A stretch of DNA of 59,570 nucleotides. Origin: a virus. Made by a program: the position numbers and the translations under genes. The stretch lies in the IMG/VR virus record IMGVR_UViG_3300045988_154339. The stretch is one strand, 5' to 3'. Below the pieces are notes generated by a model. It did not search any database, was not told where the DNA came from, and worked only from the letters and a program-made list of their open reading frames with translations. Positions 52,979 through 59,570 of this stretch are shown here, piece by piece (within the stretch, counting starts at the first letter, position 1; every line of letters begins with the position of its first letter).

Positions 52979-53007
52979 TCTTGATTATATTATATCACAT
53001 CTGAAAC
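52979..53007 (-). promoter_or_regulatory. Promoter cassette P4 (minus strand)
   Basis: TTTACT (53002-53007), 17 nt, TGTGATATAAT (-10 at 52979-52984). Confidence 0.75.
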
Positions 53008-53079
53008 GAAAAGTAAACTACTTTTGAGTACTTTTTTTCAAAAAATTTTTCGGAAAGTTACTAAATTTTTGAGATGACA

Positions 53080-53112
53080 AAGCCGAGTATCTCGACTTGA
53101 AATACTCGGCTT
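53080..53112 (-). terminator. 11-bp hairpin at the end of the TerS unit
   Basis: AAGCCGAGTAT-loop-ATACTCGGCTT. No clear U tract. Confidence 0.4.
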
Positions 53113-53335
53113 AGTGAGAGGGTATAATTACGACGTAGTCGATTGCTTCAGTTCTAATCAACACAGGCCCATACTTAACGAACATCTTTGCGGTTGCATT
53201 TGCGTTGAAGTTATTCACTTCGTCTTGCGTCAAGCCGTCGAGTTCTATCGGGCGTCTGCGTCGATGCAGATAAATTTTGAGAGTGAAAAATTGTGATGCT
53301 TGAACTTTCATATCGTTCGTCTCCGTGTTGGCCAT
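53111..53335 (-). CDS. Hypothetical protein
   Basis: 74 aa with TAGGAG RBS. Confidence 0.45.
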   Translation of the reverse strand: MANTETNDMKVQASQFFTLKIYLHRRRRPIELDGLTQDEVNNFNANATAKMFVKYGPVLIRTEAIDYVVIIPSH

Positions 53336-53337
53336 GA

Positions 53338-53523
53338 TTATTTACTCCTACGTTTAGTGATAAGCTTGTGCGTTTTTTCGTCACGTACGAGACGACCGTC
53401 GGCAAGACGAGCAAAGAATTCCGTTTTGCTTTCAGGCTTGTACGCCTTTCGCCCGGTATCTTTGCACCAAGTTTTGAAGTCGTTTTCTGTTACGCCGGCG
53501 ATTTTGTAAATTTGCTTGTTCAT
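53338..53523 (-). CDS. Hypothetical basic small protein
   Basis: 61 aa. Confidence 0.45.
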   Translation of the reverse strand: MNKQIYKIAGVTENDFKTWCKDTGRKAYKPESKTEFFARLADGRLVRDEKTHKLITKRRSK

Positions 53524-53535
53524 TCGGTGCCTCCT

Positions 53536-54273
53536 TTATTTGTATTGCTCGTTAAGCAGAGCAAGTGCTTCATCTGCAGGAAGAGACTCAATGTATGCAG
53601 CCTCTTCAGGTGTAAGAACCGGTTCAGAATTCTGAATTCGCATCGTGTTTGTTGCAGTTACGATGTCACGATTTGGCGAAGTCGAAGGTTTGCTTTGTTC
53701 GAGTAATGCTTTAATTGCTCCCACACTCAAATCTTTGACGAGAATATTCACATCACGCATCATCAACACAGACGGGTCGCCCATCGATGCGAGCTTCATT
53801 TGATTGAGTTCAATAAGCATGCGTATTACTGCGAGCTTATCGCGAGTCGATAATCTGTCAGCGGCAGGAATTTCGCTGTCCTCAATAAGCGATGTGAGAT
53901 AACCGCCTATCTCGTTAAGCGACATCATCTTTTTCGAGAATTGACGATGATACAATGCACGAGAGATGCGTCTAATCTCTTGTTGAACTGGGAATGATGT
54001 AAAAATCTCAAGTGCTTCATCATTTTCAATGTGACAGAATACCGCAGCTGTCGCAATGTTGCGATGTTCAATGTAATGCCTGACGAACTCTTTTGTCTTG
54101 ACGGGTAAATTATATTTGTTAAGCGGGTCAACAACAAGAGAGAAGTCAGGGTTCGTTTCAAGCTCTTGCTTATATGCAAGCTCGATTTGATTGACATTGT
54201 CTTGAGCAATCTGCAAAGCACGTTCTTGTGCTGCGAGTTCTTGCTGTTTTTTCTTGACAGGTGTACGAGCCAT
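53536..54273 (-). CDS. terS: Terminase small subunit (Terminase_2-like), putative
   Basis: KTKEFVRHYIEHRNIATAAVFCHIENDEALEIF..VQQEI...RLSTRDKLAVIRMLIELN follows the TerS HTH and oligomerisation pattern. Confidence 0.55.
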   Translation of the reverse strand: MARTPVKKKQQELAAQERALQIAQDNVNQIELAYKQELETNPDFSLVVDPLNKYNLPVKTKEFVRHYIEHRNIATAAVFCHIENDEALEIFTSFPVQQEIRRISRALYHRQFSKKMMSLNEIGGYLTSLIEDSEIPAADRLSTRDKLAVIRMLIELNQMKLASMGDPSVLMMRDVNILVKDLSVGAIKALLEQSKPSTSPNRDIVTATNTMRIQNSEPVLTPEEAAYIESLPADEALALLNEQYK

Positions 54274-54284
54274 GACAACCTCCT

Positions 54285-54458
54285 TTACTCAAATATATGT
54301 TCGTCTCTCCGAACAGTCACTTGTCTTTGCAGGTCGTCAATCCATTTTCTCTGGCGAAAATGCTGATACAAAAGGTCAGGCTCCCAAATTGCCAGCATTC
54401 TTATTCTTAGAGACTCTTGGCATTGTTTGCCGGAGTATTCAAGCAAATCACGCCTCAT
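54285..54458 (-). CDS. Possible small ORF
   Basis: ORF 54285..54503 overlaps the tRNA. An internal ATG at 54458 avoids the overlap. RBS is weak. Confidence 0.25.
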   Translation of the reverse strand: MRRDLLEYSGKQCQESLRIRMLAIWEPDLLYQHFRQRKWIDDLQRQVTVRRDEHIFE

Positions 54459-54468
54459 CTCACGGGGA

Positions 54469-54542
54469 TGGAGCTCGATGTTGGAGTCGAACCAACAATT
54501 CATGATTACAAATCAAGTGTTTTACCATTAAACTAATCGAGC
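54469..54542 (-). tRNA. tRNA-Thr (anticodon UGU), CCA encoded
   Basis: Minus strand: GCTCGAT TA GTTT AATGGTA AAAC A CTTGA TTTGTAA TCATG AATT GTTGG TTCGACT CCAAC ATCGAGC T CCA. Perfect acceptor, D and T stems. One U:U mismatch in the anticodon stem. Confidence 0.85.
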
Positions 54543-55019
54543 GTCTTTTGTTTTGAACGACGAACTAGTCTGCCTTTGCCTGTCCTGCCACCAACGTTAC
54601 GAAATGTGTCTGTCATTGCATGACAATTGGGACAAATCAAAACTATGTTTGATACATGCCAATTTGTATGGTCACCATCAATATGATGCAATTCTAAAAT
54701 GCTATGACCTGTATAGGGATTAACACCCCTTAAAACCACAAGAGGAACAAGTATCATTTTGTTTTTCAGCTAAATATCGATAAAGCCATACTTTAGCTGT
54801 AGCTATGGTCGTTTCATCAATAGATGCTACCCATTGTTCATACTTTGCTCTTGCTGTTTTACGTAAACTTTCTTTTGCGTACTCAGGCAACGAACAATCT
54901 CTTTTGGATGCTGATAATTTTACTCGTTCAGAATGTTCTGCTCGTTTTTCAGCCGTCCAAAATCTTTTTTGACCTTCAGATATTTTTCGTTTTGTTTCTT
55001 CAGAATGTTTTCTTGCCAT
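54533..55019 (-). pseudogene. HNH endonuclease (N-terminal NUMOD-like, C-terminal CxxC..HH..CxxC) split by a frameshift at a G4 run
   Basis: ORFs 54720..55019 (..CSSCGFKGC*) and 54533..54757 (..ELHHIDGDHTNW..CPNCH). Removing one G from GGGG (plus-strand CCCC, 54726-54729) gives CGFKGVNPYTGHSILELHHIDGD. Confidence 0.75.
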
Positions 55020-55028
55020 CTTGTATTT

Positions 55029-55057
55029 ATTATATCACATTTTTTCTCAAATGTAAA
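55029..55057 (-). promoter_or_regulatory. Promoter cassette P3 (minus strand); HNH ATG only 9 nt after the -10
   Basis: TTTACA (55052-55057), 17 nt, TGTGATATAAT (-10 at 55029-55034). The ATG at 55019 sits inside the conserved leader ACAAGAT and has no RBS. Confidence 0.7.
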
Positions 55058-55118
55058 CTCTTTTGGGTACATTTTAAGAAAAAATTTTGAAGCAATTTTG
55101 AGATTTGCAAATGTATCA

Positions 55119-55216
55119 AGAATTATTCTGAGGTATATCAGAGAAAACAACTTGTGAGATAATAAGAATATTAAATAAGAGCTGCAAGATGTCTCAGAGT
55201 TAATCTGGTGAACTCA
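55119..55216. repeat. Long-hairpin intergenic element, copy H (left arm degenerate)
   Basis: Right arm AAGATGTCTCAGAGTTAATCTGGTGAACTC is intact. Tip is GATAATAAGAATATTAAAT. The left arm retains only ATTCTGAGGTAT. Confidence 0.6.
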
Positions 55217-55245
55217 CGTGTACACGTGCGTATACGCATATATAT
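55215..55245. repeat. Perfect 31-nt alternating purine-pyrimidine tract with nested palindromes
   Basis: CACGTGTACACGTGCGTATACGCATATATAT. CACGTGTACACGTG and CGTATACG are perfect palindromes. Confidence 0.9.
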
Positions 55246-55262
55246 TATATAGTACACGTGAG

Positions 55263-55547
55263 TTATTCCAGACCATAACTCCTGAAAATCTTTCGAACGA
55301 CAAACCAAAGATTATTCGCCTCGTCATTTGAGAGTTTGCATTGAGGCGACACAAGATATTGAGCGAACTCTGTCTGAATATCGACCAACATCAGCTGGAG
55401 CTCATGCGGGATGCTCTTCGGGTTTGACTTAATAAATTGCTCACGCAAGTCAGGCTCAGTTTGAGTAGGAGCATCTGGCTCAGGCTTGTGTTGGTCGAGG
55501 TCTTTCAGATGTATTGCCGTAGGATAAGACTTTTGCATGGCACTCAA
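55263..55547 (-). CDS. Hypothetical protein
   Basis: 94 aa. Overlaps the stop of the HD gene. Confidence 0.45.
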   Translation of the reverse strand: MSAMQKSYPTAIHLKDLDQHKPEPDAPTQTEPDLREQFIKSNPKSIPHELQLMLVDIQTEFAQYLVSPQCKLSNDEANNLWFVVRKIFRSYGLE

Positions 55548-56176
55548 AACAAATTCTTGATGTCGAGCTCTTTACGAGATGCGAGATAATCGCACATGTG
55601 AACGAAATGTTGCAACGGGTCGGAAGGAACGGGAAGTGTTACGCCAGGCGAGTAAGATGAAGTGTTCCACTGACCCATGTGCGACTCGATGCCTCGAGCG
55701 ATAGTGTTGAGAATGAGTTGAATGTTCTTCGCCATGTCGTCAACACTAAGGAAATGCTCGTCGAAATTGAAGTGCGTTCTCACAGCTTCTGCGGCAAGAA
55801 CAGGATGGTCAAAGCGAGTGTATTGCGACTTTGCTTCGTCGGAGATGCCGGACTTGCGTGTATCGTGCATAATGAGTGCAGCGATCGCACAGTCGAGTTC
55901 GTATTCAGAAAGTTGTAACGGATTGGGCGTGCGTAAAATATTCGCGAACAAGCATGCAGCTTTCGTATGACGAACGAGTCCGCCTTGACCAAGTGCATAG
56001 TCGGGGTGATATTTGCCCGTAGACGATGCAGGAATGTCGAAGAAGTAGTTCGGAATTGCGCCGATGAGCTCTTCGGTGAGAGTGCGAATTTCGAGGTCTT
56101 TGATGTACGAAAGCTCGCGTTTGAAAACTGCGACTTTCTGTTCTGCTGTAAGAACGGGACAAGAGTTGGGTTGCAT
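55544..56176 (-). CDS. HD-domain phosphohydrolase
   Basis: ORF 55544..56239. The ATG at 56176 follows AAGGAGA. GKYHPDYA ... LIMHDTRKSG. Confidence 0.6.
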   Translation of the reverse strand: MQPNSCPVLTAEQKVAVFKRELSYIKDLEIRTLTEELIGAIPNYFFDIPASSTGKYHPDYALGQGGLVRHTKAACLFANILRTPNPLQLSEYELDCAIAALIMHDTRKSGISDEAKSQYTRFDHPVLAAEAVRTHFNFDEHFLSVDDMAKNIQLILNTIARGIESHMGQWNTSSYSPGVTLPVPSDPLQHFVHMCDYLASRKELDIKNLF

Positions 56177-56201
56177 AGATTTATCTCCTTTTGATGTTGA
56201 T

Positions 56202-56693
56202 TTATGCTTTGAATTTGTCAAGCTGAACGTTCGCCTCATGCAAAAGCTTTAAGGCGAAATCGTCGGGATAGCCTTCAAGATAGACGACTCGTTTGATGCC
56301 TGCGTTTATGATTTGCTTAGCACATATCGAGCAAGGCTGATGTGTACAGTACAGAGTCGAACCGTCAACACTGATGCCGAGCTTTGCAGCTTGCAGCAAT
56401 GCGTTTTGTTCAGCATGTATCGCAAAGCAGACCTCTTGTCGAGTGCCGGACTCAATGTGAGCAAGTTCACGCAGACATTGATTTTTCTCTGCACAAGACT
56501 CAATGCCTGACGGTGCACCGTTATAGCCGGTCGTGAGAATGCGTTTGTCTTTCACAATTACAGCACCAACTTGACGTCCAGGACGAATGCAACTTGACCA
56601 AGTTGCAATCTCTTGTGTAACGCGCATAAAGCGAGCGTCCCAGCGGTGTTGTTGAGCGAGTTCTTGACGCATTTTTTCAAGATGTTCGAACAT
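56202..56693 (-). CDS. dCMP deaminase
   Basis: HAEQNAL ... PCSICAKQI zinc motifs. GYNG. Confidence 0.9.
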   Translation of the reverse strand: MFEHLEKMRQELAQQHRWDARFMRVTQEIATWSSCIRPGRQVGAVIVKDKRILTTGYNGAPSGIESCAEKNQCLRELAHIESGTRQEVCFAIHAEQNALLQAAKLGISVDGSTLYCTHQPCSICAKQIINAGIKRVVYLEGYPDDFALKLLHEANVQLDKFKA

Positions 56694-56708
56694 GTTTTGA
56701 CCTCCTTA

Positions 56709-57020
56709 TTAGTCTAATGGACCGTCGGCGTATGTGCAATAGTAAAGCGGGTCGCCGATGTTCCAGATATTGCATTGTTTGCATCGATGTAAGTAGAGCT
56801 CGTTCTGCATGCGAGAGTATAAGTCATAGGGCAGATAGCGTTCTGCAGATTTGAGCCAATCGTAAAGCGTCAATTTGGGAACCTGATAATAACTCGCAAG
56901 CTCACGTACATTACGATGTGTTTCAAGCATGTTCAACACTATGCGTTCGAGCGTGTGCTCACGTCGAGTGTGATACTCGTAATGCATGCGAGACTTGTGA
57001 GCGTTCGCGTTCATAATCAT
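56709..57020 (-). CDS. Helix-turn-helix DNA-binding protein
   Basis: NVRELASYYQVPKLTLYDWLK looks like an HTH. 103 aa. Confidence 0.5.
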   Translation of the reverse strand: MIMNANAHKSRMHYEYHTRREHTLERIVLNMLETHRNVRELASYYQVPKLTLYDWLKSAERYLPYDLYSRMQNELYLHRCKQCNIWNIGDPLYYCTYADGPLD

Positions 57021-57023
57021 GCC

Positions 57024-57365
57024 TCACATCGTTTGAACGAGCGCAATGAGCTTGTCTGAGAGTTGTGCAACGAGCAATGCGCATGTGCTGAAGTACTCGT
57101 TTACGTCGAAAGGCGTGCTGTGAAGTGTAGTTTCGATTTTGTAAAGCAAGTCGTTCAACTCACTTGCAGATGCGGGCATATAGCACTTTCTTTCAGAACG
57201 CTCTTTATTGAGAGCAACGAACTCTTTGTCAATGAGCATCTGCTTCATGTCCAATACAAATGCGTTGAGAATTGCGTCGTGCTTGTCACGCAGAATTTGC
57301 TTGTCGAGCTTGGCTTGAGTGTTCAAGCTGAGTGCGAGCATTTTGTGAGGTACGAATGTTTTCAT
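57024..57365 (-). CDS. Hypothetical protein
   Basis: 113 aa, first gene after promoter P2. Confidence 0.5.
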   Translation of the reverse strand: MKTFVPHKMLALSLNTQAKLDKQILRDKHDAILNAFVLDMKQMLIDKEFVALNKERSERKCYMPASASELNDLLYKIETTLHSTPFDVNEYFSTCALLVAQLSDKLIALVQTM

Positions 57366-57397
57366 ATTTGAAGTCTCCTTTCATTTATCTTGATTAT

Positions 57398-57426
57398 ATT
57401 ATATCACATCTTTCATCAAAAGTAAA
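57398..57426 (-). promoter_or_regulatory. Promoter cassette P2 (minus strand)
   Basis: TTTACT (57421-57426), 17 nt, TGTGATATAAT (-10 at 57398-57403). Confidence 0.75.
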
Positions 57427-57495
57427 CTACTTTGAGTAACTTTTTGAAAAAGATTTTGAAAATTTATGGAAGTGTAAGAGTAAATTATAATGATT

Positions 57496-57513
57496 TGTGT
57501 GTACGTGCATGTG
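57496..57513. repeat. 18-nt alternating purine-pyrimidine tract
   Basis: TGTGTGTACGTGCATGTG, upstream of promoter P2. Confidence 0.8.
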
Positions 57514-57527
57514 AAATATGCTCAGCA

Positions 57528-57740
57528 CTAAGCGAGCGGACAAAGTCCAGTCTCTTTACAAGATGCTTGAGCAGCTACATCATCGCAATGCTCGCACCAA
57601 CCTGCCGCTTGGGAGTACTCACACAAAGGTTCATCGGGGTCAGAACGACATTTGGGACAATACGCATAAAGAGACTCACGAGTATAGACACAACCGCAAT
57701 ACACACAAGTAATTTTTTGACCTTTATATTTGCCTATCAT
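57528..57740 (-). CDS. Cysteine-rich zinc-ribbon protein
   Basis: ORF 57528..57818. The ATG at 57740 follows AAGGAGA. CVYCGC...CPKC...CEHC. Confidence 0.5.
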   Translation of the reverse strand: MIGKYKGQKITCVYCGCVYTRESLYAYCPKCRSDPDEPLCEYSQAAGWCEHCDDVAAQASCKETGLCPLA

Positions 57741-57751
57741 GATTTGTCTCC

Positions 57752-59506
57752 TTATTTGATGATTTGCAGACGGCCTTTTTTGAATGTGCAATGAATACAC
57801 GCAACATTGGCTCCACATCTTGAAATGCAGTTCGTGCCGTAAATTTTCTGAATGTTCTTGTTGAACATGTGTTGTGAAGTTTCGATGCCGAGATATTCTT
57901 TCAAAAACGGTAAACTCATAAAGAGTTCGTCGATGTCTTCAATATAGTCTGAGCCACAGTAAATATCTTCGTTGACCTCTTTAACGTGCTTTGTTGCATT
58001 TACAAGAGCATCGAATGAGTTGAAGATTTGTATGTCATTCTCATCAGTGATTGTGTAAATAATTCCACGTCGATTTTTCGCATTGAATAACGCAGTTTTA
58101 CCAAGTTCCATATTCTCTTTGCTTGTTCTACACCAAGTAAAAATGTGCTCGCAACGAATTTTTTCGATTTGTGTTTTCAAATCATGATTGATGTCTGCAT
58201 ACTCAGCATTCCATTCATTATGTGTAAACGCAAATGTCGTTGTGAAGTTATTCGTTGCAGATTTGATGCCATACATCGCAAGATACACGAAAATTGTAGT
58301 GTTCAACAGGTCTGTCTTCAGCTCTCGCAAGTCTTGCGAAAACGTAGTGTCATAATAATCACCGAGCTTTAAGAACGACTTTGCTACATCCCACGTGTAA
58401 AATATCTCGAACATATTGATACGTCTTAAGAAGCCGTTCGTTGTATCTGCGAACTTAACTTCTTGTTTATCATTGCCTGCGAACACGAATTTGCAGTTGA
58501 TAATACCCGAATATTTTGCGACGTTTTTGTGTTCGATTGTTTGGTCTTCAGAGCCTGTAAGAGATTTGATGTTCTTAGACTCACGATACGTTTTTGCAGA
58601 TGTTTCCAAAAATATATTATGTGCATGACCTTCAAGCGTGCCTGTAATGAAACGGTCGTTCTCGATTGCATCTAAATCGTTTGACGCAGGCTTGGGTATT
58701 ACATGCGAAGTGAAACAGCCATCAAATAACGAGTTCTTGCCGTTTTGACCTGCGCCAACGAGCATCACAAAATATTGTGAAAATGAGTTGAGACACACAT
58801 AACCCAAAATCTGGCACAAATGTTCAAAACGTTCAAGACTGAATTTGTGCTCAGCATCGTGGCAAATATTATAGGCGAGCTCAAAGCAATAATTGTGTTG
58901 AGTATCGTCGATTTCGCTCAACATTTGTACAAAATCTTTGAGCTCAATGTCTGCAAGTGAAAAATCAAGCGGCTCAAAGTTGTAATTGAAATACCAACGA
59001 ACGAGATATTTATTTGTATATGAGATAAGAGTCGAGCCTGTTTTGAGCTGAATTTTTTCGTATTGAAAGAGCCATTTTGCATTACGAAAATCATATACGC
59101 CATTACGAAATGCGATACATCCGTCAGGTATGAATTGAGCGTACTGCAAATATTTATTTTCACCGACATTGTCTTTGTTGAATGTGATTGTTTTGAGCAC
59201 AGCACGCAAATTCATAGTCATCTTGGATACAATCTGCGAAATACGGTCAAATGCTTCATCTGTCAACACTTTGAAGTATTTGTTACGTAAAATCGAGTGC
59301 AAATTATCGACGAGTATTTCGGTCGCAGTCTTTTCGTCACAAAAGTTGAAGTTGATTTGTGAAAATTGCTTTGCCAAAAAACCGCCATTATCAAGCTGAT
59401 AAACTTGACAATCTTCTGCAAGTATAGGCAGCCAGTCTGTAATGGGCCGTCCAAGCAAAGCCTGTTGGTCTATCGTCGAAGCAATCGTTTCAATAGATTT
59501 TAACAT
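57752..59506 (-). CDS. D5/P4-like primase-helicase (SF3 NTPase)
   Basis: 584 aa. Walker A MLVGAGQNGKNS, typical of the D5_N/P4 primase C-terminal helicase family. Confidence 0.65.
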   Translation of the reverse strand: MLKSIETIASTIDQQALLGRPITDWLPILAEDCQVYQLDNGGFLAKQFSQINFNFCDEKTATEILVDNLHSILRNKYFKVLTDEAFDRISQIVSKMTMNLRAVLKTITFNKDNVGENKYLQYAQFIPDGCIAFRNGVYDFRNAKWLFQYEKIQLKTGSTLISYTNKYLVRWYFNYNFEPLDFSLADIELKDFVQMLSEIDDTQHNYCFELAYNICHDAEHKFSLERFEHLCQILGYVCLNSFSQYFVMLVGAGQNGKNSLFDGCFTSHVIPKPASNDLDAIENDRFITGTLEGHAHNIFLETSAKTYRESKNIKSLTGSEDQTIEHKNVAKYSGIINCKFVFAGNDKQEVKFADTTNGFLRRINMFEIFYTWDVAKSFLKLGDYYDTTFSQDLRELKTDLLNTTIFVYLAMYGIKSATNNFTTTFAFTHNEWNAEYADINHDLKTQIEKIRCEHIFTWCRTSKENMELGKTALFNAKNRRGIIYTITDENDIQIFNSFDALVNATKHVKEVNEDIYCGSDYIEDIDELFMSLPFLKEYLGIETSQHMFNKNIQKIYGTNCISRCGANVACIHCTFKKGRLQIIK

Positions 59507-59515
59507 CTTAAGGTC

Positions 59516-59570
59516 TCCTTTAAGTTTATCTTAAATATATTATATCACACTTAAATTGAAAAGTACATCA
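59516..59570. repeat. Terminal direct repeat (copy of 1-55)
   Basis: Identical 55-mer. Carries the -10 and -35 of promoter P1 (59539-59567). Confidence 0.95.

Noticed and set aside
9027-55216. Possibility that the eight repeated elements are a CRISPR array or solitary CRISPR repeats
   Set aside because: The copies are dispersed, each is an inverted-repeat hairpin rather than a direct repeat with spacers, and no cas genes are present.
26299-59500. Numerous plus-strand ORFs of 60-300 aa across the minus arm (e.g. 46156..47073, 52288..53004, 29467..30201, 28993..29394)
   Set aside because: All are antisense to minus-strand genes that have clear motifs and RBSs. Their translations are F/L/V/C/R-rich and lack Shine-Dalgarno sites.
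1-59570. Alternative genetic code or stop-codon recoding
   Set aside because: Long uninterrupted ORFs with recognisable motifs are obtained with the standard code throughout. The only anomalies are two frameshifts at G4 runs and one in-frame TAA after mazF.

Overview
The window is a complete phage genome. Bases 1-55 are identical to 59516-59570, which is an assembly overlap, so the unique circular or permuted unit is 59,515 bp. It is a contractile-tailed dsDNA phage (Caudoviricetes). AAGGAGG ribosome-binding sites and TTTACT-17-TGnTATAAT promoters suggest a Gram-positive (Bacillota-like) host.

Two gene arms diverge from a 661-bp non-coding control region and converge on a bidirectional terminator near 26.2 kb.

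Plus arm (689-25971), virion genes: portal; a mosaic tail-fibre block; tail assembly chaperone with a canonical -1 frameshift; tape-measure-like proteins; baseplate; a DUF2213-like head protein; an LL-H-type holin; scaffold-like, decoration and major capsid proteins; connectors; sheath; tube.

Minus arm (59506-26231): nine transcription units, each starting with a near-identical promoter/5'UTR cassette.
- Replication and recombination: D5-like primase-helicase, AEP primase, family B DNA polymerase, Sak4-like ATPase, PD-(D/E)XK nuclease, SNF2 helicase, ATP-dependent DNA ligase, VRR-NUC.
- Nucleotide metabolism: dCMP deaminase, dUTPase, an aberrant ThyX-like protein, dNMP kinase, two HD hydrolases, nucleoside deoxyribosyltransferase.
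- Packaging and head genes in unusual positions: TerS, TerL, Mu-F/SPP1 gp7-like.
- Two HNH endonucleases and one tRNA-Thr(UGU).

Unusual content:
1. A full lic-like choline pathway (BCCT transporter, choline kinase, LicC-like cytidylyltransferase, LicD transferase).
2. Eight conserved long-hairpin intergenic elements that bracket accessory cassettes.
3. A MazEF pair followed by a start-less in-frame ORF.
4. A MoxR-type ATPase with a vWA/zincin partner.
5. Perfect alternating purine-pyrimidine tracts upstream of several promoters.
6. G8 and G9 homopolymers at tail-fibre genes.
7. Two genes interrupted at G4 runs.

All functional calls come from reading motifs in the supplied translations. No database search was run.
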